The notes beneath the pieces are model-generated. The model was given only the letters and a program-made list of their open reading frames with translations. It did not search any database and was not told where the DNA came from. A program made the position numbers and the translations under genes. Source: a virus. From it: a stretch of 64,000 nt of DNA. The DNA lies in the IMG/VR virus record IMGVR_UViG_3300029309_000006, positions 31,753-95,752 of that record. The stretch is one strand, 5' to 3'. Shown piece by piece: positions 40,001 to 47,732 of the stretch (positions are counted from its first letter, which is position 1; the number at the start of each line of letters is the position of its first letter).

Positions 40001-41203
40001 TTACCAACACAAATGGCTGACAGTTTTGCTATAGCATCAGGTGGAGCTACTTTTTATAGAAACAGAATAAACACTTATAAAAAACAAGGGTTATCAGATG
40101 TTGAAGCAGAGAAAAAAGCTTTTGAAGATTTTTCAAGAATATCAGAAGAATCTCAGCAATCAGCAGATCCTTCAATGATTTCACCTCAACAAGCAAGTCC
40201 ACTTGGTAGATTAATATTAGCTTTTCAAAACACTCCAATGCAGTATACTAGACTTATGAAGCGTGCTGCGCAAGATTTAATAGCTGGAAGAGGTGATGCA
40301 AAAACCCATATAAGTAAAATAATTTATTATGGAGCTGTACAAAACTTTATGTTCTCTGCTTTACAAAATGCTTTATTTGCTTTAATACCAGGTTTTTCAG
40401 AAGAAAATCCAGAAGAAGAAGAAACAGATAAAGAAAAAGCAGCTCAAATAAAAAACGTAAGAATAATAAATAATATGGTTGACACTATATTAAGAGGTTC
40501 TGGGGTTTATGGAGCAATAGCGGCTACAGCAAAAAATACTATAGTTAAATATTATCAAAACGAACAAAAAGATCCTTTTGCAAAAGACAATGCTGATATA
40601 ATAATTGAAGCTATAAACTTGTCTCCTCCTATAGGTTCTAAAGTTAGAAAATTAAACAACGCTTTAAGAGCTAAAGAATTTGAAAAAGATGTAATAGAAG
40701 AAAGGGGATGGGAAATAACTAGAGATGGTAGAGTTAATTTAAGTCCTTCATATAGAGTTATAGGTTCTGCAGCAGAGGCTTTGCTTAACATACCTTTAGA
40801 AAGAACTATAGCAGAAATAGATGCTTTGACAGAAGTTACAGATTCAAGAAATAGTAATATGCAAAGAATAGCTTTAGCTTTAGGTTGGAGAACTTGGGAT
40901 CTTGGTGTAAGAAACGAAGAGTCAGATCAAATAAAACTTGAAGCAAAAGAAAGAAGAAAAACTGAAAGAGCAGAAGAAACAAAAAGAAAAAGAGAAGAAA
41001 AGAAAAGATTAGAAGAAGAAAAAAAGTTTGAAGGTTTATCTGATGCTCAAATAAATGCTTTAAAAAGAAGAGATCAAATAGAAAAGCTAACTAAAGCTCA
41101 GCAAGTTGATAGTTTAATAAAACTAGGTTTAAGCAAAAAAGATATTAGAGCTTTGCGTTTAGAAGAAGATAGAATAAATAAAATAATCGAACTTAACAAA
41201 TAA
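34070..41203 (+). CDS. Large polyvalent virion cargo protein (zincin peptidase + sigma-like + HNH-like + helical C-terminus)
   Basis: HEILH at aa 765; FS[RK] linkers at aa 906, 1277, 1595; last large gene of the tail operon; no DxDGD/DFDID RNAP motif seen. Confidence 0.65.
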   Translation: MSCEELKQIYGENSTQYRQCINNTEALKNAEFTEEEQGILDNYNAISLSDEDQQDIIDDLKKSKEKIFKEARYYKPFGIPSRGYQPSLKSRSESQLKKFFESSDLTYEDYLKYQDDGTIPNPTEEDILKEQNIRIENKQRDFLENVDNSSREIISQKQKAQQKIFEEQQLKLEKEKNNIADVDEKGKLVGGEVFEIDKKLKNMQGFIGNQFDSNKVEPTAVFYENFNSLVKQRNVLVNEYEKISNKQILDLDENASAKQAIDVWQRSYSNADQLIQAGKEALNNIKLAGIELGELITQAYRGVPGIVEYSTRSINPDAKSSSGAVNWLRSQRNQTLDTAEYLNNIRETKLPKTIKLENINNTDDFINYSLDAVMNNIPNSAMAFAGPGVATAWFTLSGLGDKSSDFGLEERKIQTLKEKIQKESDPFEKMYLEKELEAYNDAINTNQITKFLAAVVHGAAESIPARMFGTIKIAQGIKDVYRYIPKQQFKKAGFAVANAFGKTPVLESVEEGFTNTLQNLNDIYVLNKDISIFDNLDESMVQGLIIGNGFSLMQSAPNVYGALLNVAQTRQNKKEIRAKVNELNTILEDYQTVTSPDGRKELRLQGNRLVKEIVSDTNITLEKLTKLDYNQLITLGNLDRQLRAINKQYIKAVNSGISDSSLKIIKNNLKTEFDNIQNQKAEILGKQTRTDQKLENLDYASSLVKGKQILGENLVIIDDNTDIDKLGITKEQADSPGFVNEIDGKVYINEKIALDEGGNINVIAHEILHKVLTDYVSTDQGEQAIIDFYNNLDEETKAAIDNELKSRDYIDENTQDVIQGLKSKNVRIDEILTQYLDLVENTDNNIDINEGTLSKIKDFIAKFLQDLGFKGKFSTAGDVKRFLVDYRKKFKSGDLQVKGNKSGEAFSRSVKKGDINTLATDMASKGYDNLTQAEQTSLKNQYTSVALAAIKFDAGKGTVNTQDAQSFVDSQFATIARNYRPRDPRTNKKQDFTTYIYNTVGRRGADLYGKQEALAEAGQTTSLDDERARQIADPGLDTETTSKQDVTPTIEVFDFIKKSDPSFDSKKFEKDFTDGVNALAAEKNIDLSNPDLTPKQRMDVVPYKVLADAIGIPVNKITNPKANLSTAEARKAQKILSAAKPFIKNVVLTKANTDVTSVESKTKRGKSVKIGGETLGLGTKILNTFFNPPKRLGSGKKVRTPKQFDNKLFNEAIGIKNGKVSPDFNVRNSQIIKGLLKAVAEQMSGRATSRTLDAGPQAQEVKLTQAQLDSMKSPLVFSKARSNIKTKIPKFKKDAEGKKQYKDFLQQKLFPLFPKSFFLQGGDSALQFLESKGQYFSKTEIDNIIKEQGNNFGKPFPKGVNLKYINKRYNQVFPQGWDSMVEMHNSGELAKMNDSNALLGKAMWDRIYKSIRNAVNSGDQNFLQGLQTYMAGVGSIDNHPLKMIAPVVGGTFGYQKGKENVTYEHARPASDTYNLLINAAIGYKSKQSFDKVYAEAIKNYKVIALAEVDGAKVDKFYKTKMPDGVTEWFRRYANPKVATENGGIDVNNLYLFSQGKVFSDAFGIDSAGKPLTNEGKVIAKAATKKYQTLDNGIVFSKSVKGKKAIEKRKQNEPKDLSKDFNSIIQENKGIKAEAVYSEIVARRQGRDKGRFKFFLPPGAEDFKGLIYTFLGKGKKGEKQFEFFDNNLIKPYLQGVSQIETFRRTLKADYTALLKLSPEAAGKLNTKIANTEYSFDQAVRAYLMNESGYNLKEAGLSARDAKLLIDAIKNDPTMVSFAQGLQLITKQDTWLSPNGGFDVQTIQSDLHRLTQGAGRKKFFENSGFIPNSEQIFNRDNLNKVEAAYGYNVKEAIQDILYRMKNGTNRPSGSSRLTNSFNNWVNRSIGAIMFFNRKSALLQTISSINFINWSDNNPLKAAIAFGNQPQYWKDFATIFNSDKLKERRAGLKGDINEAELASAVKNATNKAEAALSWLLKKGFLPTQMADSFAIASGGATFYRNRINTYKKQGLSDVEAEKKAFEDFSRISEESQQSADPSMISPQQASPLGRLILAFQNTPMQYTRLMKRAAQDLIAGRGDAKTHISKIIYYGAVQNFMFSALQNALFALIPGFSEENPEEEETDKEKAAQIKNVRIINNMVDTILRGSGVYGAIAATAKNTIVKYYQNEQKDPFAKDNADIIIEAINLSPPIGSKVRKLNNALRAKEFEKDVIEERGWEITRDGRVNLSPSYRVIGSAAEALLNIPLERTIAEIDALTEVTDSRNSNMQRIALALGWRTWDLGVRNEESDQIKLEAKERRKTERAEETKRKREEKKRLEEEKKFEGLSDAQINALKRRDQIEKLTKAQQVDSLIKLGLSKKDIRALRLEEDRINKIIELNK

Positions 41204-41577
41204 TGAAAACATGGAAAATTGTCCTTTTTGTACTCACTGCGGTTGCCACTAGTTGTGGAACATATCAACAGCAACCAAAAATTAAAATAACTCATGTATT
41301 GGCGGTTACAGAACAAAACGATACTCTAAGGCTGCCGATAGATATGATAAAACCTAATGTTTATTATAATATAATATCTTATCCGCATAGATACTACAAC
41401 AATTGGTCTTATGGAAGTTATTATCCAGGCTATTACAATTATAAACCTATATATGTACCTAGTAATAAAGGTACTAGAGGTAGTAGTGGTAGTAAATCTT
41501 TTAATAAGCCAAAATCTGTACCATCTTCTAATGCAAACAGGCCATCAGGCAAAACACTTTTAAAAACTAAAAACTAG
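41203..41577 (+). CDS. Putative lipoprotein
   Basis: MKTWKIVLFVLTAVATSC signal peptide with lipobox-like Cys; Tyr-rich low-complexity region. Confidence 0.65.
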   Translation: MKTWKIVLFVLTAVATSCGTYQQQPKIKITHVLAVTEQNDTLRLPIDMIKPNVYYNIISYPHRYYNNWSYGSYYPGYYNYKPIYVPSNKGTRGSSGSKSFNKPKSVPSSNANRPSGKTLLKTKN

Positions 41578-41578
41578 T

Positions 41579-41878
41579 ATGCAAGAAAAAATTGGAATTG
41601 ATATTGATAGCGACGGGAAGCCAGATTTAAATTTAGATTTAAAAACTATTATTGTAGTTATTAGTGGAATAATATCATTAACTATGACTTACTCTGCTTT
41701 AACTTCTCAAATTGAAGAAAATAAAATTCAAATTGAAGAAGCTAAAAAATTACCACCACAAGAATCTCACGAGATAATGGATCAAAAACTTATATATCTG
41801 GAAAAAATGATAAAAGACGTACACGAAAATCACGATAAAAGATTAGATAAAATAGAAGATAAAATATATAAAAGATAA
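41579..41878 (+). CDS. Single-TM coiled-coil membrane protein
   Basis: LDLKTIIVVISGIISLTMTY TM helix, coiled coil ending DKIY. Confidence 0.65.
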   Translation: MQEKIGIDIDSDGKPDLNLDLKTIIVVISGIISLTMTYSALTSQIEENKIQIEEAKKLPPQESHEIMDQKLIYLEKMIKDVHENHDKRLDKIEDKIYKR

Positions 41879-41881
41879 TAA

Positions 41882-42187
41882 ATGGCAACACAAATAGGAG
41901 AAGATACTCAAGTACAACTTGACCTTAAAACGATAGGTATGATCGTTGGAGGAGCTATTGCTTTGGCAAGTATGTGGTTTACTTTACAAAACGATATTGA
42001 TAGTCTTAAAAATCAAGTAGCGCCTGAAGAGTTTGTTAAAAGGATGGAGTTTCAACTTAAAGACGAGTTGATACGTTCGACTATTATACAAATAGAAGAT
42101 GCTACAAAAGATTTAAAGGAAGATATAGAAGAAAACAAAGAACAAATAGAAAAGAACACTGATAAATTATATGAAATAACAAGATGA
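41882..42187 (+). CDS. Single-TM coiled-coil membrane protein, paralog of 41579..41878
   Basis: LDLKTIGMIVGGAIALASMW TM helix, coiled coil ending DKLY. Confidence 0.65.
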   Translation: MATQIGEDTQVQLDLKTIGMIVGGAIALASMWFTLQNDIDSLKNQVAPEEFVKRMEFQLKDELIRSTIIQIEDATKDLKEDIEENKEQIEKNTDKLYEITR

Positions 42188-42510
42188 AAAATTTAATTAA
42201 AATTATATTGATAATGTTTGCTTTTACAGCAAATGCACAAAACTTAACATTGCTACATATTAACGCTAAATGGAATCAGTCAAATGATTTTGAGTTAAGA
42301 GGTTTAAAAAATGTTAAAGTTCAAAAAGCTTTTTTAGAAGATCAAAAACAAGCTATTAAAGATGGTATAAAATCTGTACCAACTATTATATTATTAGACC
42401 AGTACGGAAAACCAAGAGGTCAATGGACTGGAGGTTTAAACTTTAAAATATCTGCAACTAAAGAAGAGATACAAAGTAGAATAAATACTGTGTTATTTCA
42501 GACAAAATAG
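42184..42510 (+). CDS. Secreted thioredoxin-fold protein lacking CxxC
   Basis: Signal peptide ending ANA; NAKWNQSN in place of WCxxC; IKSVPTIILLD cis-Pro loop. Confidence 0.55.
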   Translation: MKNLIKIILIMFAFTANAQNLTLLHINAKWNQSNDFELRGLKNVKVQKAFLEDQKQAIKDGIKSVPTIILLDQYGKPRGQWTGGLNFKISATKEEIQSRINTVLFQTK

Positions 42511-42552
42511 GAATAAAAAAAAATGGGCACCATACCCAAAATTCCTGTAACC

Positions 42553-42579
42553 AAGGGGATCGTAATGATCCCCTTTTTT
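42553..42579 (+). terminator. Rho-independent terminator where the two arms converge
   Basis: AAGGGGATC-GTAAT-GATCCCCTT followed by T tract. Confidence 0.85.
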
Positions 42580-42642
42580 ATTATAACTAACTCCCACCAA
42601 CCACTCATTTCCTCCGCTGGTGATCAACCCAGCGAACGTTAG

Positions 42643-44364
42643 TTATCCGTCACAGCTTAAACACGACTCATCCATTGCTTGTTCAGCAATATCTCCACGT
42701 AATACAGATTCAGTTCTAGTGTAGTATAAGGTTTTAATACCTTTTTTCCAAGCTTCAAAATGAACTTTATTAATCCATTTAGGTGTAGCAACACTAGGAA
42801 AAGCTAAATTTAAACTTACGCTTTGATCTATATATTGTTGTCTTATACCTGCTTGATTAACTAATTCTAATTGATTAATTTCTTTGAAAGTTTTGAAGAT
42901 TTCTTTGACGGGTATGTCGTGAGGCCCGTATGTAATTTTGTCTAATGCTTTTATGCCCTGTATTGAGCCTCCGTCTTTTAGTATTTGATTCCATATAATT
43001 TCATTATCTATTTTATTTTTACGTAATATTTTTTTAAGCGTAGGGTTTTTTCTTATGAAAGTACCTTTAGCACTTTGCTCAGTAAAGACGTTCGCAGCCC
43101 ACGGTTCAATACCGGCAGAAACATTTCCACTAAGCTTACTGTTACTAACGGTAGGAGCAATAGCGCGTAAATGGGTATTACGTAAACCAGTACCAACACA
43201 CCAAAGAGGTTCTCCAAAAGTTTCAGCAAGAGCCATTGAAGCTCTTTCAGACTCAATTTTAATTTGACTAAATATTTTTCTTGTTTCATATTGTGATAAT
43301 AATCCTTCAAAAGGTAAACCTTTTTCTTGCAGATAAGTATGCCAACCTAAAACACCTAGGCCTAAAGCTCTACCTTTTTCTGCTGATCTAACTGAATTAT
43401 GAAATCCAACTTTACCTTTTGATTTTTGTATAAATTCTTCTAGTACGCCATCTAAAAACCATATAGCGTCATATATTAAATTAGTTCCTTTCCACTCATC
43501 GTATTTAGCTAGGTTTAACGATGACAAGCAGCAAACAAAACTATGAGACTCATCTGTATGTAATGTTATTTCACTACATATGTTTGTCATATGTACCTTA
43601 AGTCCGTTTTTTTTGTAAGCTCTTGGGTTACTTTTGTTTGTATTTCCCTTAAATAAGATATAAGGTTCTCCAGTTGCTTTACGCTTTTGTAATAACTTTC
43701 CCCATAACCTTCTAGATGTTTTATCTCCTCCTTCAACTCTTCGCATGAACTTATCACCGACCACAGCGCACTGGTGGAGGTTGAGCGATTGACGATTAAC
43801 GTCTCCTTTAGGTTCTCGTATTTCGAGCCATTCTTCAAAATCGGGGTGTTCAATGTTAATGTTAACGCTAGCAGCTCCTCTTCTGACAGATCCTTGATTA
43901 GTGGCAAGTATTGTTGAATCATATATCTTACAAAAAGGCACAGTTCCATCAGATGTTCCATTTCCTTTTATTTTAGCTCCGGCGGGTCTTATTTGATTAA
44001 TACCGATACCAACTCCACCGCCGTGTTTAGCGAGTAGCATCATTTCTAAATTTTTCTGGCCAATGTCCCATATACTATCTGCAACATCAATACCAAAACA
44101 AGATATAGGTAAACCTCTGTCTGTACCTGTATTAGAAAGCACTGGTGAAGCTAAGCATAACCAACCTTTCCATATATAATCAAAAAATACATCAGCTAAT
44201 TCAGGACGTTCTAAACGTCTTGCTACATTATAACAAACTCTTTCATAAGCTTGTTTAGGTGTTTCTCCATTATATAAATAACCACCACCAATAGTTTTTT
44301 TATATACATCAGTGTCTCCCCAACTTGGGTAATCAACACCTTTTTTCCAGTCTTTATTCCACAT
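42643..44364 (-). CDS. nrdA: Ribonucleotide reductase class I alpha subunit (short, no ATP cone evident)
   Basis: ASPVLSN, ISCF, TNICSEI, AIAPT, GIKTLYY and C-terminal CLSCDG. Confidence 0.95.
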   Translation of the reverse strand: MWNKDWKKGVDYPSWGDTDVYKKTIGGGYLYNGETPKQAYERVCYNVARRLERPELADVFFDYIWKGWLCLASPVLSNTGTDRGLPISCFGIDVADSIWDIGQKNLEMMLLAKHGGGVGIGINQIRPAGAKIKGNGTSDGTVPFCKIYDSTILATNQGSVRRGAASVNINIEHPDFEEWLEIREPKGDVNRQSLNLHQCAVVGDKFMRRVEGGDKTSRRLWGKLLQKRKATGEPYILFKGNTNKSNPRAYKKNGLKVHMTNICSEITLHTDESHSFVCCLSSLNLAKYDEWKGTNLIYDAIWFLDGVLEEFIQKSKGKVGFHNSVRSAEKGRALGLGVLGWHTYLQEKGLPFEGLLSQYETRKIFSQIKIESERASMALAETFGEPLWCVGTGLRNTHLRAIAPTVSNSKLSGNVSAGIEPWAANVFTEQSAKGTFIRKNPTLKKILRKNKIDNEIIWNQILKDGGSIQGIKALDKITYGPHDIPVKEIFKTFKEINQLELVNQAGIRQQYIDQSVSLNLAFPSVATPKWINKVHFEAWKKGIKTLYYTRTESVLRGDIAEQAMDESCLSCDG

Positions 44365-44581
44365 CTGTTTCAAACTTTTTTTCTGGTTGAGCTCTTTTTT
44401 CTACATCTTGTAGTTCTTCAACTAATTTTTTCCACGTGTCTTCACCTATATGTAATTGAAAAGCAGTTAAAGTACCTTTACACATTACATCTACTTGTTG
44501 AAGTTTTTTTATCAGGCCATTAGCAACATTTGTTAATTGATCTATTTTTTTTTGCATTAAAATTAATTTATTTTCTTTCAT
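44354..44581 (-). CDS. Hypothetical protein
   Basis: Coupled 75-aa ORF between nrdB and nrdA. Confidence 0.6.
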   Translation of the reverse strand: MKENKLILMQKKIDQLTNVANGLIKKLQQVDVMCKGTLTAFQLHIGEDTWKKLVEELQDVEKRAQPEKKFETDVE

Positions 44582-44829
44582 GATATTAAATGTTTTGTCC
44601 AGGCAAACAAGCCGTTAATATTTAAAGCAACTAAGTTCCATTGTTTTCTAGCTGCAGTTTGTATCATAACACATATAAAACCTAGTATATACAACTTAGG
44701 TTCTATAGTCCATTGAGCTGCAACTAAAAAACCAGCACCCATATAACCTATTCTGCTTGACATTTTCTGTAAAGGTGTAAGCCTTTTAGTTGTTGCTATT
44801 ATTCTTAGTATTTTTCTTTTTGTTACCAT
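44578..44829 (-). CDS. Small membrane protein
   Basis: Basic N-terminus and about 3 hydrophobic segments. Confidence 0.6.
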   Translation of the reverse strand: MVTKRKILRIIATTKRLTPLQKMSSRIGYMGAGFLVAAQWTIEPKLYILGFICVMIQTAARKQWNLVALNINGLFAWTKHLIS

Positions 44830-45809
44830 ATGTCTTCAAAATCTTCTCCTTCATTTGCTTTGCTATAGTCAGTCGGCCTAATAGCAAAAAAATCAGTATG
44901 GGTATGGCCCCCGGTAAGATGGTCAAACCAAGCCATTTTATTAATTGATTTTTCATCATAAAAAGTAAAGTCCCATTGTTTGTATTTTTTATCTGTATAA
45001 CCAAGTTCAGCAAGTTTATCACCAACTCTTTTCTTAATAAAATGTTTAAGATCGTATTGTGTTATACCTTCTATATCACCCATTTCAAATATCTTACTTA
45101 TGTAATCCATTTCAGCATTATGCATTGTTAACGCTGCTTCAAATATATGTGGCTTACATTGTTCTTTTAATTTTGGTATTTGTGAACACATATGTCTAAA
45201 CAACTTACAACCCATTTTGCTATGTAACGATTCATCTCTTACAGACCATTTCATTTGTTGACCTATACCTTTTAATAAGTTTCTCATTTGAAAACTATAT
45301 AATACAGCAAAGGCAGAATATAAGCTAACCCCTTCAGCAAAAGCAGAAAAAGTAGCAATAGACTTACCAATACCGACAGGATCGGACCCGTCATAACTAA
45401 CCAAGTTATCAAACCTTGCAGCGGTCGCAGGCTCGTGTAAAAAAGCTTCGTAATCTTCGAGGCCAAGTGTTTCATTTAAATAACTATAAGCTACAGCGTG
45501 TATTGTTTCTTGTGAGCCGAACATCATAGCCATTTGCTGTATCTCATGTTTAGGAAACCATGATACGACTTTTTGTGTCCAGTAATCAGATACTGCACAC
45601 TCTGTTTGAGCAAAACCTAATAGTATATTACCTACTAAGTTTTTTTCTTCTTTAGTTAGTTTTTCGTTCCAGTCTTTAACATCACCAGACATAGGTATTT
45701 CTGTATGTAACCAAAACGCCTGAGCTTGTTTTAACCAACCTTCTGTATAATACTCAGGATATTCAAAAGGTTTATAAGGTATTCTTTTTGTAAATATTGG
45801 TGCTGCCAT
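44823..45809 (-). CDS. nrdB: Ribonucleotide reductase class I beta subunit
   Basis: QAFWLHTEI, ETIHAVAY, AEGVSLYSAF, RDESLH, DFFA motifs. Confidence 0.95.
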   Translation of the reverse strand: MAAPIFTKRIPYKPFEYPEYYTEGWLKQAQAFWLHTEIPMSGDVKDWNEKLTKEEKNLVGNILLGFAQTECAVSDYWTQKVVSWFPKHEIQQMAMMFGSQETIHAVAYSYLNETLGLEDYEAFLHEPATAARFDNLVSYDGSDPVGIGKSIATFSAFAEGVSLYSAFAVLYSFQMRNLLKGIGQQMKWSVRDESLHSKMGCKLFRHMCSQIPKLKEQCKPHIFEAALTMHNAEMDYISKIFEMGDIEGITQYDLKHFIKKRVGDKLAELGYTDKKYKQWDFTFYDEKSINKMAWFDHLTGGHTHTDFFAIRPTDYSKANEGEDFEDIW

Positions 45810-45937
45810 TATCTTCCTTGGCCTCTGTATTGTTTTTTATAACCTGACTGTCCTTTAGAGGCATTTTTTGAATGAACGCCAGGTCTTCTTTTCTTGTGTT
45901 TAGTTATATAAGTTGATATTGCTATTCTTTTTGCCAT
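45809..45937 (-). CDS. Small basic protein ending YRGQGR (42 aa; not in ORF track)
   Basis: MAKRIAISTYITKHKKRRPGVHSKNASKGQSGYKKQYRGQGR; TAATG coupling on both sides. Confidence 0.7.
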   Translation of the reverse strand: MAKRIAISTYITKHKKRRPGVHSKNASKGQSGYKKQYRGQGR

Positions 45938-46092
45938 TATTCTTCGTAAAAAAAAGTTAAACAAATATCTATAAAGCATAGATATAAAACGTGATCTACT
46001 CTAAAATCACCATCTTCATATGTTCTTATGCCAAATAAAATACCTGGAAATATTCCAGCAGACATTTCCCAACCTGTATATTTTTTAGCCAT
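45937..46092 (-). CDS. Small hypothetical protein
   Basis: Likely start MAKKYTGWE at 46092. Confidence 0.55.
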   Translation of the reverse strand: MAKKYTGWEMSAGIFPGILFGIRTYEDGDFRVDHVLYLCFIDICLTFFYEE

Positions 46093-46249
46093 AACATTTA
46101 ATATTATATTTATTGTGTATATTAACAAGGTCTTTCCATTTTAAAAAACCTCTTTTAGTTATAGACCATTTTATATAATGATCTATTTTTCTCTCTTTAT
46201 ATTTAATTCTAGCTATATTTTTAGAGACTTGTTTGTTTTTTCTTAGCAT
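46085..46249 (-). CDS. Small basic hypothetical protein (54 aa; not in ORF track)
   Basis: MLRKNKQVSKNIARIKYKERKIDHYIKWS... fills the gap in the operon. Confidence 0.5.
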   Translation of the reverse strand: MLRKNKQVSKNIARIKYKERKIDHYIKWSITKRGFLKWKDLVNIHNKYNIKCYG

Positions 46250-46706
46250 TATTTCTTTTGTTTTTTCTCATACTTTTAATGTGTCTAATAGTAAGATCAC
46301 ATTCAGAGTTATTTTGAGGTTTAAATAAAATTATTTTTGGTGCATTTAATGAAAGCCAAGATTTAAATAACTTCCAACGTAAAGGAAAAGACTCGTTAGC
46401 TCTTCCTTTACATTCAATTACAAAATCTCTACCTACAAAATCTGGTTTATAGGTTATTGGTAGTATTTTTTTACAACCTCTATTTTTAAAATCACCTTTA
46501 CCATTACCACATCTTTCAAAAGAATTTGCTTCAAAATCAAAACCTTCCATTAAAGTATAACTTACAGGTTCATATTCAGCAACTATATTAGCTTCTTTCA
46601 AAGCTTTATACATATAAACTTCTAGACCTGAAGCAAACTTAATACCGTCATGTTTAATTTTTTTGCTTCTAACAGGACCTCGTTTTTTAGAGTATTTCTT
46701 CTTCAT
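46221..46706 (-). CDS. PD-(D/E)XK endonuclease, T7 endonuclease I-like resolvase
   Basis: FASGLE...YEP...TYKPDF...IECKG motifs. Confidence 0.8.
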   Translation of the reverse strand: MKKKYSKKRGPVRSKKIKHDGIKFASGLEVYMYKALKEANIVAEYEPVSYTLMEGFDFEANSFERCGNGKGDFKNRGCKKILPITYKPDFVGRDFVIECKGRANESFPLRWKLFKSWLSLNAPKIILFKPQNNSECDLTIRHIKSMRKNKRNNAKKKQTSL

Positions 46707-46971
46707 AAACATTAATATTTGAAACATCATTAGCTTGTTTCAACATACACTCTTCTACTTCATTTTGTAGACAAGCTCTTGCTGATTCTAAATATAACAA
46801 TGAATCCATTAGTTCTTCTTGAACATCAATAAGAAATCTATTGAGATCTTTTTTCTGGCCTTTAATTTCTTCCATCATTGTAGCTCCATATTTCTTTTGG
46901 CCTATTAAACTGCGCTCATCCATCTTTCTTAAGACAGTTTGAACTATTTTATCTTTAGTTTTAATTTTCAT
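46687..46971 (-). CDS. Putative all-alpha NTP pyrophosphatase-like protein
   Basis: GQKKYG...QEELMDSLLYL (EExxD) pattern. Confidence 0.5.
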   Translation of the reverse strand: MKIKTKDKIVQTVLRKMDERSLIGQKKYGATMMEEIKGQKKDLNRFLIDVQEELMDSLLYLESARACLQNEVEECMLKQANDVSNINVYEEEIL

Positions 46972-47731
46972 CTTTTACAAATGTACCGTTAATCATTTTA
47001 CCTTTTCTTTGACATATTTCAACATAAGCAGTTTCAATACAGTCTTCTATTTGGAATCCTTCTAAATAAGCTAAGTTTGTTAATACTACTATTATATCTC
47101 CTATAGCATCTTTTATTTCTGGTTTATCATTAGATAATAATGCTTTAGCAAGTTCTCCAGCTTCTTCTTGCAATTTAACATATTGAGTTTTACTATCGCC
47201 ACTTTCATATATACCTCTAACAGCAGCCCAATTACGTATTAAATCATATATTTCATTGCTTGATGTTTTTACATCAGGATTATGAACAGGATTAAAATAA
47301 GCTTCGTAAAAAGCTTTATTATAAATATAACATCTGTTAGGATTATACATTGATGTTTTAACATTAGCTAATATCCAAGGTATATTTTCATCTGTTATTT
47401 CAAATTTACCAAACTCTTCATGAGTCCAGCTTAAACCTACGTTTTTAAATAAATAATTTTCTAAATCATCTACATTATAAGGAAACGTAGTTGTTTGTTG
47501 TGTTACGTTTATTTTCATTTTTTTAAATAAATTTTTATATAATTTTCTATCAACTTTATAGCCATAAGACTTTTGAAGTTCTATCTCTTTGTTTGATATA
47601 TAATTTATATCATCACTGCGATCAAGAACTTCATATTCACTAGGGCTGTAGCCCTGAATTAATGTAACACGTTTATTAAGATCACGCGTAACACCAATCT
47701 TTTTACCCGGTATGTGGTATAAATAATACAT
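46961..47731 (-). CDS. mazG: MazG-like NTP pyrophosphohydrolase with N-terminal GIY-YIG-like extension
   Basis: C-terminal KLQEEAGELA...DAIGDIIVVL; N-terminal YYLYH...KIGVTRDLNKR. Confidence 0.75.
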   Translation of the reverse strand: MYYLYHIPGKKIGVTRDLNKRVTLIQGYSPSEYEVLDRSDDINYISNKEIELQKSYGYKVDRKLYKNLFKKMKINVTQQTTTFPYNVDDLENYLFKNVGLSWTHEEFGKFEITDENIPWILANVKTSMYNPNRCYIYNKAFYEAYFNPVHNPDVKTSSNEIYDLIRNWAAVRGIYESGDSKTQYVKLQEEAGELAKALLSNDKPEIKDAIGDIIVVLTNLAYLEGFQIEDCIETAYVEICQRKGKMINGTFVKDEN

Positions 47732-47732
47732 A

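Noticed and set aside
34070-41203. crAss-like virion RNA polymerase
   Set aside because: No DxDGD/DFDID catalytic motif found in the translation
6379-41316. Short antisense ORFs within + strand genes, and + strand ORFs within the - arm
   Set aside because: Shadow ORFs opposite well-supported genes, with no motifs
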